This document shows, one piece after another, positions 50,319 through 61,909 of a stretch of DNA of 64,000 bases (position 1 is the stretch's first letter; each line of letters opens with the position of its first letter). Source of the stretch: Neodothiora populina. Lineage: Eukaryota. The position numbers were made by a program, and so were the translations under genes. The stretch lies in contig NW_027191411.1 in NCBI RefSeq assembly GCF_041146345.1, forward strand, positions 1,612,001-1,676,000, read 5' to 3'. The notes beneath the pieces are model-generated. The model was not told the origin of the DNA and ran no database searches. It saw only the letters and a list, made by a program, of their open reading frames with translations.

Positions 50319-52026
50319 CTAAGCGGCCTTGCCATTTGCGACTTCCTTCATGCCCGACTTTTGTCTCTCCAAGCCAGGTCTGCCAAGGGCACTCATGGCG
50401 ATTCCTTGGTCTTGCGGCAGAGTGGGATATTTGTCGGACGGGATAGTCAAGCAATTGATACCCAAGAAAGTGCAGATGGCGTTGATGACCTTTACTGCCC
50501 AGTGGAAATAGACGGCGGTGGCAAAGACAAAGTACGCCCTCAGATACAAGAGCTCGATGTCAGCGCTCACAGCCGGTAGACCCAGAGCAGGCAAGTTGAC
50601 GAGGACAGCGCCGCCGATGAGAGGGGCAAGGAGGACGGTCCAATAGGGGAAGATCTGGTGAGTCAAGTGGGCAAGGATGATCTTAGTCGTCATGCGGCCG
50701 AAGACGAAAGACAGGGTGAGGCAGAGCAAGGTAAGGTGGTTTTCTTTGAGAAGGGTACTCCAAGGTGAACCCAGCCATGCGCAGAGCGAAGCTGTGAAGA
50801 CCACAAGAGGCGTCCATTCAAGGAAGACAGGCAGAGACGCTTGACCGCGGGAGCGTCTGGCCCGAATGACGTTGAGAACACAGTCCGGAACATGAGCGAG
50901 ACAGAGACTGCCGATCAAGATAGGACCCCAGAGATCTCTGACGCTGGTCTCGCCGAGCAACGCGGGGTTTCCGAAGAGTAGCGCCAGGGGCTGAGACCAA
51001 ACCTGAGCGCCATGCACAGCGGAGATGAGCATAATAGTACATGCGAGGATGAGTCCCTCTGTAGGTCCGTTAAAGACACCGAGGAAGAGCGTATGGGTAT
51101 GGTATGTTTCCCAAGTGCTGAAGAACATAGGCAGACAAGGCACCATAGCCGTGAAGGCGCCAAGTGGAGTAGGACCAAGTCCCATGGCGGAAGTCTCGAG
51201 GAGTGAAGCAAGTGTGCAATTGAGAGAGTCAATGCCGTGGCTACGCACGTGTTAGCTGCATTTTCAATCCAAGCGCGGAGGAGGGTATGCTGACTCGAAG
51301 AGCTCTCCCAGAGGAGACGATGTTCCTGTCCTTCGTGCTTGCTTTCCATCGATGTTGTCCATAGTAGAGTACCTGCAATAGTGTGAGTCTAGTAACCTCG
51401 ACCCTGCTCGGCCAACACGCTACTCACATCCAGATACCAATCGCATAACTGACAAAAACCCAAGGCGGCGCCTGTATGATATCAGCCTTGCTCTTGACAC
51501 ACTGCAACCATGGCGAGTGGACGTACCGCTCCAGTCAATCCGGGATCATATATCACCATCAAGCCCACGTTGCCGATGATGAAGAAAAAGCCCAACAAGG
51601 TGACCATGTTGGGCGCAAGCCATAATGGCAGGAACTCGACGCAGGCATTCCACTGTGTTTCGATGTTTCAGCAGGATCCAATTTGAAGAAGGCACAGTAG
51701 CGTGTTCTCTTGCGCTCGACCTGCTATATGAGAAAGGAGACCCGTACGTAGTGTCTGAGAATGTATCGCGAAATGTAGGACTTGTCGACCGAAGAATATT
51801 TGTATTCTCTTAAATTTGCAAGAGCGTCTCTCGAGAGTGGACCTTCGGCATCATATTCTGTGGACGGAGATGATCAGTATCACTCCCGGCAGGCAAAATG
51901 AGTGCTTGTCTTGTTCCAAGCAGACCAAGAGTCGCAACAGGCAGGAGCAGCGAGTATCCGCTGGATGTACGTACCACCTTGGGTGAGGCGCCGCGGCTTA
52001 TGCGTAGGGGGAGGTAGTGTCTGCAT
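50319..52026 (-). CDS. Choline/ethanolamine phosphotransferase (Cpt1/Ept1, CDP-alcohol phosphotransferase); introns 51974-51858, 51747-51653, 51526-51472, 51427-51373, 51294-51241
   Basis: Spliced [62 protein letters not shown] and [12 protein letters not shown]. Confidence 0.92.
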
Positions 52027-52813
52027 GACTGAATGAAATTTGCAGAACAAGCAAGCTGACCGAGAACAGAAAAGAGGAGACAAGGGCTACTGGTGACTAT
52101 CGCATATGGCAAGACAAAGACGGGAAACACAGAAAACCTCCAGGCACTGGGTACGGCAGGGAAATGTGGATGCGCAATGTCGTGTTACGGCGCGATCGGA
52201 AATAACAAGGTATTCGAATCATTGGGTGTCCCTGGAGACTTTGAACGATGTCTTGGCAGCATGTGAATATTTCTCCCGCAAAAGTCATGGCGAATCTGAT
52301 TGTAAGACTGACTATTACTGGAGAGTGATCCACCAGATGGTTTGTGAGAAGGCGTTCATACTTCGTTAGGGAGTGGTTATCCACTCAATAGGGAGTGAAC
52401 AATTTTCACCAAGGAGTTTTGACAATCCATCGAGGAGCTACAGACTGTTCATCGTACAGATAGTCATCTACACCACACGAAGCCCTCTGTATAGTGAACA
52501 CTCGACGGACGATTTTGTAGACGCGGTCAGACGAACAAGGAAAAGAGTAAAGTCAGTGTTTGAGATGTTTTTTGATTTGGCTGCGTTCCGTATCCTATGT
52601 AACGGGAGGCCAGCCGACCCCGACACCGGAAGAACTACATAAGACTGCCCGCTTCCGTTTTGACTGTGATGCACATCTCTCATCAAGGGCTAAAGACGAC
52701 ATAGAAGAAACTTGCACTTTTGATCCCAATAGTTCCAATCTAGCATAAGAGAGAGAAAAAGAGAAATTAAAACGCCCACCCAAGACACCCATTAAGCCAT
52801 AACATGCACATGC

Positions 52814-55114
52814 TTATCGGGTGGACATGGCCTTGGTGACGACACGCTTGAGGGCAAGCTCCTTCTTCTTGAGGTCCTCGGCGGTGGAGTCCTCGATCTC
52901 GAGCTGTGCCATGGCGTCGGAGAGAGCGCTCTCGATCTTCTCCTTTTGGCCGCGCTTGAGCTTGAAAGACATACCGGGGTCGGAGACGATGTCCTCGACA
53001 CGGGCAATGTATGACTCGAGCTGCTGGCGAGACTCGTGCTTCTTGGAGAAAGCCTCGTCGCTCTGCTTGAACTTGGTGGCGTCCTCAAGCATCTTCTCGA
53101 TCTCGGCAGAGTTGAGCTTGCCAACAGAGTTGGAGATGGTAATGTTGGAAGAACGGCCAGAGGTCTTCTCGGTGGCGGTGACCTTAAGGATACCGTTGAC
53201 GTCGACCTCGAACACACACTCGAGGACGGCCTCACCAGCCCTCATGGGAGGGATAGGAGCAAGAGTGAACTCACCCAGCGAGGTGTTGTCCTCGCAGTTG
53301 ACACGCTCACCTTGGTAGACGGGGAACTGGACAGACTGCTGGTTGTCGGCGACTGTGGTGAAGGTTCTGTGAAGATTGTCAGTGGATGTAGCTTGCAGAG
53401 AAAGATAGCGATAAGACAAACCTCTTCTTGAGGGTGGGGACTGAAGTTCCGCGGGGAACGACAGGGGCGAAGATGTTACCCTCCATGGCAACACCGAGGG
53501 AAAGAGGGCACACATCCAAGAGGAGGAGGTCGGCGGTGTCGGCAGAGGTGGCCTTTCCGGCGAGGATACCGGCCTGGACGGCGGCACCGTAGGCAACGGC
53601 CTCGTCGGGGTTGATGGACTTCTCGAGCTTCTTGCCGTTGAAGAAGTCGGAGAGGAGCTTCTGGATGCGGGGGATACGGGTGGAACCACCGACAAGGACG
53701 ATCTCGTCGACCTTGCTCTTCTCGATGGCAGCGTCCTTGAGGACCTGCTCAACGGGCTGGATGGTGCCGTTGAAAGCCTTGGCGTTGATGTCCTCGAAAC
53801 GAGCACGGGTGATGTTGGCGTTGAAGTCCTCGCCGTCGAAGAGAGAGTCGATCTCGACGGTGGCCTGGGTACCGTTGGAAAGAGTACGCTTGGCACGCTC
53901 ACAAGCGGTTCTCAGACGACGGAGGGCACGGGCATCGCCAGAAAGGTCTAATAAAAAGTTAGCTTTAGTTCAGCCAGAAAGGCCACTGGAAAAAACAGTT
54001 TTTGGAAAAGTTCGAAAAACTTCTAAACCAGTAGCATCAAGGGCATGGACATTCTCGCCTTTCTTTGTCTTGCGAGTGAATTCTTTCTTGAAGTGATCCA
54101 GAAGGTTGGTGTCGAAGTCCTGACCACCAAGATGGGTGTCACCGGCGGTAGCCTTGACGGTGAAAACACCACCTTGGATGTGGAGAAGGGAGACATCGAA
54201 AGTACCACCACCGAGATCGTAGATGAGGACGTTCCTCTCCTTCTCGGACTTGCCGGCACCGAGACCGTAGGCAATGGCGGCAGCGGTGGGCTCGTTGATG
54301 ATGCGGAGGACGTTGAGGCCGGAAATGGCACCGGCGTCCTTGGTGGCCTGACGCTGGTTGTCGTTGAAGTAAGCCGGGACGGTGATGACGGCCTTCTCGA
54401 CCTTCTTGCCGAGCTTGGTCTCAGCAACCTCCTTCATCTGTTTGGGTTGTCAGCGACCATGCGATTGTGTATGAACGAAGACTCGAAAATTCGCACCTTC
54501 AGGAGGACCATGGAGGAGATCTCCTGGGGGGAGAAAGTCTTGGTCTCGCCAAGGTACTCGACCTGGACCATGGGGGCACCGCCCTGGTCGACGATCTTGA
54601 AGGGCCACGACTCGATATCCTTCTTGACGGTGGCGTCGTCGAAACGGCGACCGATAAGACGCCTGAGGTGGTCATGTTAGAGGACTCGTTCACTTTCCGG
54701 GTAGCTCATGCTGCTCACTTGACATCGAAGACGGTGTTCTCGGGGTTCATGGCAGCCTGGTTCTTGGCGGCCTCACCGATCAGACGCTCCTCAGCAGTGA
54801 AGGAAACGAATGAAGGGGTGGTGAAAGAACCCTGCTCGTTGGCGACTGCGCGAAGGAAAAATCCATTAGATGACTATTTTGCGACCGGGTTTCGCCAATC
54901 CATGACTGGCGAGATGTGAAACGTACTGATCTCAACGTTGGTGCCATCGTAGTTGGCAACGCAAGAGTAGGTGGTACCTATAGAGTAAAAATGGTAAGCT
55001 TCTGATCTGAAATTCCTTCACTTGTGCGACCGAGCTCGCGTGCGGGGAGCATCTCGCGGTGGACATACCAAGATCGATACCAATGGCACCGTCGTAAACC
55101 TCGTCGGAGCTCAT
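52814..55114 (-). CDS. SSB1: Ribosome-associated Hsp70, Ssb type; introns 55068-54978, 54926-54846, 54718-54663, 54496-54438, 54058-53948 (GC-AG), 53421-53367
   Basis: [40 protein letters not shown] and [15 protein letters not shown] motifs; C-terminus [19 protein letters not shown] without EEVD, diagnostic of Ssb. Confidence 0.97.
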
Positions 55115-55805
55115 GATGAATTTGTGTAAAGAAGGGGTATCAAAAAATTACACAAAAAAAGAGAGGAAAGGATGGGTAAGATAGAAGTTTTGGGAGGATG
55201 AGATTCTTAAAAGACGTCTTCGCCGATTTGTGCGGAGGGCGGCGCGCTCGAACTTTTTCACAAGCTCCTCCCGCTTAGTGTCTTGGCGAGTCTGTGCTCT
55301 GTCTGCTCTTTTACATTACAGGATCTGCTCAACGGAGTGACCCTCTTTTGCTCTAGAGATGATAATGCAGTCAATGTCCCGTCAGGGTAGTGATGCTGAG
55401 GTGAGGCGTGGCAATTAAGACACAGTGCTTCCTCAATTCATGGTTCGGATGCTCTTCATCGAGACAGTGCATACAGGGAAGGTACGGTACCTTGTCTCTC
55501 TGCGTGAACTGTGCATGCACGATCATTCATCACACCTCTAGTGCACATCTCTGTGCGTGTGCACCGTGGAGTACAAGTACATCAAGTCAATTACTGTCCT
55601 CACTACAGGAACTGAACAATGCATGCAACGCACCGTCACAAATCTCATCAAAACTGCAACAAGGATCTAAAGTGATGTGCACATCGTTCATTCGACTTAT
55701 TATGGCAACAGCTGCTCTGCCTCCTACCGACTATCATGTTCCCCCGTGAACCCACAGACGCCACCCAATGCAAATACACATCCAGGATCCAGCCCTTGAA
55801 TGTAT

Positions 55806-57264
55806 CTACCTGATCCTGTTGAGTCTGGCTCTGTTCAGTGCGATTTGGTCGTCCACGGTATCCGTCTGTCAAAGAGGTCAGTACATGAATTTCTGTCAGA
55901 ACATAACCAGATAGATCACGAACCTTGTCAATAATTCTGGCAATGTGCTTGTTCTGTTCATCCAGCTCCTCGCCCATTGCACGTCCGAGCATGTTGAGTG
56001 AACGGGCACCCTTGTGGATAGCCTCCAAGTTGCCATCGATCTCGTTCTCCATCTCGTCGTCCTCACTGTCGGCTTCGAACTGGTACTTGGCTCTTTGCGC
56101 CAACGAGGCCTTGTCGGTCGCATGTCTGATGGGCTTCAAGTCTCTACCCTGGGCTTGGTGTCGGGCTGTAGTGGAATAGGCGTTGGATCTGGTGTCGTCC
56201 ATCTGTCTTCTCTCTGTTTGATGCTTGTCCAGAGCAATGGCCAACGCTGCCTCCTCACGCTTCTTGGCCGTGAAGGGGTTCGCAACGTGCACCGCGAACA
56301 TGCTGCGGTTGAGCGTCTTGAGCTCACGTGCTTTCTCCTCGGCGAGTCTGTTTTGGTTGGACGCCATGTCGAGGTTGTGCTCTGTATTGTGGATGCGATC
56401 ACCTTGCGCTCCGAGGCGCGCCAAGGTCTCACGACCGGTGGCTTCGGCTTGTTGAGCAATGCGAAGGGCATTCCTCGTAGAAGAAACATCCTGCTGCTTG
56501 ATGAACTTGATCTCTGACTTTGCCGCTTGTACATCCTCCTCTTCCTGCTCTTCAGCTGTGCGAAAGTTGTCGACGTCGTACAGCTCGCTAGAGCTACCAC
56601 CATAACCACCTTGCTGTTGTCTCTGGCCAGCGCCGCCGAAGAGGGCATCTCTATTAGCATCACTAGGACCGGCGGAGTTGGCATTGTAGCCATTGCTGCC
56701 GCCTGCGTAGCTGTTGTCTTGAGCAGCGGACGGCGGTTCCAATTGTTGCTGGAGTTGTCTCTGAGGTGCATCGCCGAAGAGAGCAGCTCTGCCTGCATCA
56801 GTGCCCATGGTCTCATTACTGTTGGTTCGTCCTAGTCCACCGTAACCTCCAGCTCGTGACGCCTGGGGTTGGTCAGCGGCATACGGAGTGTTGCCATAAC
56901 CGCCTTGTTGTCCGTAGTTTCCTTGGCCACCGAACCTCGGAGCCGAAGGACCACCACCATAGCCTCCAATGGGGACAGGGCTCTTGTCGTTCCTCATGGG
57001 CGAGGGTGATCGGCCATCATAACCAGGCGGGGCTCCCAACGTGGATCCTTGAGGCGTGCCTATCGATGGCCTGCTAGCAGCATATGGATCTGCGGGCTTG
57101 GATGCGTATGGATCAGGAGTCGATGCCTGCACAGCATATGGATTTGCCGCTGCTGGAGCAGCCTTTTGGCTCTTGGAACGACCTCCGAAAAGGGCGCTTC
57201 GGGACGAACTCTCGTCTCGGCTCTTCTCCTTGTCCTTGTCCTTCTTGCTGAGTCCGAAAGGCAT
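55806..57264 (-). CDS. SEC9: Plasma-membrane Qbc-SNARE Sec9; exons 57264-55924, 55865-55806
   Basis: EIKFIKQQDVSSTRNAL, LKTLNRSMFAVHVANPF, KYQFEADSEDDEMENEID; two SNARE motifs; spliced end ALNRARLNRIR*. Confidence 0.94.
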
Positions 57265-57943
57265 GGTTTAGTATCTTCTCGGGCGGCAGATCTCGACGAC
57301 AACCTAAGACAATGAAAAGAAATGAGAACACCAGAGACAAAAAAGACAGGGTGAGTGACAGGTATTGATTTTTGTCCTTAATGAAATGGTAGAGTAACAG
57401 GTAGATTAAGGTATACGGACAATTGATCAGGAGAAATGTGGGGTTGGCAGCCTTCACTTTACACCGTCAGGCGCCCGCCTCCCCAAAGCCAAAGGCGGTG
57501 ATGCACACACAGCATGTGGCGGAGCATCGTTGAGCCTGTGCGTCCGATACTTGTAGTAACTGATGTGGCTTGGCTCCAGATCTGGACCCTGTTCCTGGTG
57601 CCAAATAAAGATATCACAATATTGTTGCCTTCAAGTTTACAACTTCTTGGTGGTATTCTGAACTATCGTGCGAGGTTTCCACTGAACACAAACCCACATG
57701 ACGAATCCCCAGGAAAGGTCTGTTGTCCTGTGATGTTCTTGGATAGACCAGGATGGGACCCGAAACGGCGTCTTTTGCCGAAGGTATCTAAGTTGCCTAC
57801 CTACCTAGCTAAGTAGGTGATAATGTACAGTACACGGCTGCGAGACTACTTCTTTCATCCCCCCAGGGCTCCACACATCTCTACTATGAGGCTCCGAGAG
57901 CGTTTCCCCGTTCCTCCAAATATACCTCTGTCGCGTGTTTCCT

Positions 57944-59899
57944 TTACCAGGCGTTGATATCAAAATATTCCTCCCCAAAGAAAGTGACCACAACGGTGCG
58001 GTCTGCGAATTTCCTTCCGGCGAGCGCCTGCAGGGCCTTCTGTGCGGCTTCTGGAGTGTCGTACTTTACGTAGATCTTGCCGACACCATTTGATTGCCTG
58101 CTGCCACCGGTGGGTCTTGGAATCTTGGTGTCGAGGACACTGCCGTATTTCTCGCATTCTTCCTTGACGTCCTCCATGATTTCTGTTTCTTGTCAGCTTC
58201 CATTTCGTGGTGATTTGTGTGTTGTCATGGTCAACACTGCAGTGCAGCACTTCTATGACTGTTCTCCACGTTGACCGCGCGGTGGAACAAGGGAACGGAA
58301 AGGGGACAAAGGCGATGAAGCAGAGCTAGGAAACATGACCGACCTTCGTATTCATCGTTGTCGTAAAGCTCCTCGGGAGTGACCATATTGAGCAGACAAA
58401 GCACTCTGCCCTGCTCAACATCAGTGCTCTGAGCGCCAGCAAGCATGCTCATGGCGTTGACGCTCATCTCTCCGCTGACTTGCTGCACACCCACGGCAGC
58501 TCTAGCGGCGATGAGATTACCATCTCCCAGCTCGATACCGTTGAGGCCAGTAACAGCCGAATCAGTGACAGAAGGATCGACGTATTCGAAGAAAGCAATT
58601 CCCCGACTTTGTCCCGAGCTGGTGTCCTTGACCACAATGCAGGACTTGAGCTGACCGAACGTTTGTAGAAGCTCCTTGACTTGTTCGTCCTCGATGTACA
58701 CGGGGATGTTGGTCATCCTGACCTTGTTTTGTGTATCTGGGACATTCTCGGAGACGACGCCATCGGTTTGTTCAGACTCGTCAGTCACGGCAGGCACGAT
58801 ATAATCCTTTGGACGACGGATGGACAACCCTGCAGGCTTTCCGTTGGCGTCCCCGTTGGTGGACTCGCTGTCCACGGAGATGCCGTCGAGAGCAAGCGCA
58901 GTAGTGGCGTCTTCGGCAGCCTTGAATTCAAGCAGAGCAAATGTGCGCTCGGCATTGATCATGGCTGACAGGCAGGGATCGGTGGCTTTCGTGACGTTCA
59001 AGCCATTCAGCTGCAGGTTGAAGAACTCACACAGTGAGTCGTCTGTGGCGGTGGGAGGGACGTTGTACACAAACAGACGCTTCGACTGTCTTGCGTGAGA
59101 CGGCTTGAGCGCGGTGTTGGCAGCCGTGTTCGCAGGCTGGTTCAAGAGGCCTGCCAGTCTCGTGGGGTCCATGGGCTGTTGCCTGGGCGCACCGGGTAGA
59201 GGGAACATGCCCGACAGCTTGGCCTGCTCAGCAGTGACATTCTCGTAGCCGGGAGGCTTGATGTCCCACTGGGTCAGACGACGTTTGCGCTCGAGCACAG
59301 AGGGGACGTCGGTCAGGTCGGGCGTGGGCTCCTTTGGCTTCTTGGGGGGACTGGGACTCCTTCGCACGGGAGCGGGGTCGCGCTCTCGCTCTCGCTCTCT
59401 GCCTCCACCACGCCCGCCGCCGCCGCCACCTCTGCGGTCGTCGAAGAGATCTCTGTCCCTGCGGGGAGGGCGATCGTCTCTGTCGCGTCTCGGCGCGGCC
59501 CTGTCACGATCCCACTCTCTCTCGCCGCGGCCACCGCCATGTCTGTCGCCTCTTGTGTATCTCTCTTCTCTTTCGCGCTCTCTGTAGTCGCGGCTGGACG
59601 AGTATGAGTCTACCTCGTAGTCTCTGCGCGAATTGCGATGACCAGGGGATCTGGAGCGTCTTCGAGGTCTGTCGCCTCCATCGCGATCACGGCCACCTCC
59701 ACCTCCACGTCTGTCATCTCTCGAGGACTGCTGGCGGTCAGTCGGGGCGCCCCTGCGGCTGGAGGAGGAATTACTGACATAGTGGTCGCGCGAGGACGCG
59801 TGACGGTCTCGATCTGAATAAGAGTGTTAGTGAAAAGGGCGCGCTGTTGAACAGTCAGCAATGGGAACCACCTCTTGAGGAATAGGAGTCGCCGTTCAT
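57944..59899 (-). CDS. Splicing factor U2AF large subunit (U2AF65/U2AF2; RS region, ULM, RRM1, RRM2, UHM); introns 59871-59814, 58343-58183
   Basis: MNGDSYSSR; RS/RD-rich region; KRRLTQWDIKPPGYE; RQSKRLFVYN; IRRPKDY; VLCLLNMVTPEEL; GVGKIYV; LAGRKFADRTVVVTF. Confidence 0.95.
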
Positions 59900-60316
59900 T
59901 GTTGCGTACTTTGCGCACAACAAGTCAACTGGCGTGATTGTGTTTGTTTTGTTGGTGATGAGATCTAGAAAAGGTCTGGTGAATGCAGCAATGGAAATGT
60001 TTCGCCAGGAGCTGCTCTCTGGTCCACGAACGAGCAGCAGCGAAGATGCGATCTTGGCAACATGGTCCAAGCGGGAGTTGTGCTTCGTATCTACGGAGTA
60101 CAGAGGCTGAGAGGGTCCGTTCTTCGTTCCTGGTACGGGCGAGTAATCTTCACCTCCGCGCGGATCAATCAGTTCGAAAGAGGAAGACGCGTTCCCAATG
60201 TCGCGTCCTCCTCCGACTATTCGTTCAGGAGGCGTAACTGTCTGTACATTCTGCTTCCAAAGTGCCTCTTGCTGTCCACCTTGCATTGTCATATTAGTCA
60301 TTCACTCATAGTGATA

Positions 60317-61663
60317 ATGGGGGCCCTCAATCTACAGGAATGGAATAAACTTCCCATCAGTCTTGCTGAATTATGTATCAACACTACATTACGCTGTGGC
60401 CAGTCTTTTCGGTAATTCTTGCTCTTCCGATATCAATCATGCATGATTCCTAATGCTCTCCTAAGATGGCGGAAATCAGAAGAGGGTGTATGGTCCATGG
60501 CGCTACATGGCCGTATCATTCGCCTGTATCAGGATCCAGACAATCTCTATTATCGATCAACTTTTCCAACCACCGAAATTGCTCGTCCTATATCATCAAC
60601 TACTAATGCATCATCACTACAAGATGACACACTGCCACTACTGCAGCATTATCTAAATCTAGGACCCAACCTGACTGACCTATATGCCCACTGGTCTGCC
60701 AATGATGCAAACTTTAAACGCAAAGCTCCCAAATTCACAGGCATTCGTATCTTAAAACAAGATGCATGGGAAGCGCTTGTGGGCTTCATCTGTAGTTCCA
60801 ACAACAACATCATTCGAATATCGCAGATGGTAGACAAGTTATGTCGAACCTATGGCCCGCTTCTAGGACGAATCGACGATCACGATTACTATGACTTCCC
60901 GAAGCCCGCGGATCTGGCTAACTCTGGCGTGGAACAGAAGCTACGAGAACTGGGCTTTGGGTACAGAGCCAAGTACATATACAAGACTGCTTGTATGATA
61001 GCTGAGAAAGATGACGACTGGCTTGACGGATTAAGGAACCCAGAAAGCCCGGCTTTTGGCAAGGATCCTGTGCCTGGCGGGGCCTTTGTGGATGAGGGGC
61101 GTGAAGGCTATCGGCTTGCGCATGAAGAATTACTAGCACTGCAAGGTGTCGGGCCGAAAGTGGCGGATTGTGTATGTCTCATGGGACTTGGCTGGGGAGA
61201 AGCCGTTCCAGTCGATACTCATGGTACGTGAAGACGAGAAGTCGACAATTTTGCTTTCGCTAATGGTATTACAGTGTGGCAAATAGCTCAGAGGGACTAC
61301 AAGTTCGGCAAGAGCAAGCACACCAGTGTGACGAAAGCTACATACGACGCCGTCGCCAACAAATTCCGAAGTCTCTGGGGACAGGAAGCCGGCTGGGCGC
61401 AATCAGTGCTGTTTACTGCGAACCTCAAGGCCTTTTCCGAGAGACTCGTGGCGAAGACCGAGGTCAAGGAAGAGATTGCGATCAAGGAAGACCCGGATGC
61501 TGTCAAGATCGAGGAAGACGAATCAGCCGAAGCAGAGACGATCATCAAGACGGACAAGGTGCTTGTCAAAGGCATCAAGAGAGAAGCCGATGACAAGGAT
61601 CAAATGCTTGTGGAGACCAAGCACAATGTGATCAGGAAAAGCAAACGTGCAAAGAAGGCGTGA
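60317..61663 (+). CDS. OGG1: 8-oxoguanine DNA glycosylase/AP lyase; exons 60317-60411, 60466-61223, 61275-61663
   Basis: [33 protein letters not shown], HhH motif [24 protein letters not shown] and AGWAQSVLF. Confidence 0.96.
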
Positions 61664-61909
61664 GGAGTGAAATGAATCTGCTTCGAGATCTAATGCTATC
61701 TGTTGACGCGCAGAATTCGGTCTCGAAGGATGAAAGAAGTCTCATAATGGGACCTTTCGGGGTTTTCATCAACAAAGCCTTGGAGGCGCAGATGCTACAG
61801 CATCAATAGTCCCCTCGCGTCGGCATAATACTTGCACGACTGAGCTCACACGACTGATTCGTCTCAACTCACTACTACCGGCGTTCCATCGTGGAGGCGC
61901 ACGCGCACA

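Noticed and set aside
54045..54680. Long plus-strand ORFs antisense to SSB (also 52821-53318, 53036-53431, 53611-54096)
   Set aside because: Antisense shadows of a highly codon-biased Hsp70, a well-known artefact; they track the real exons.
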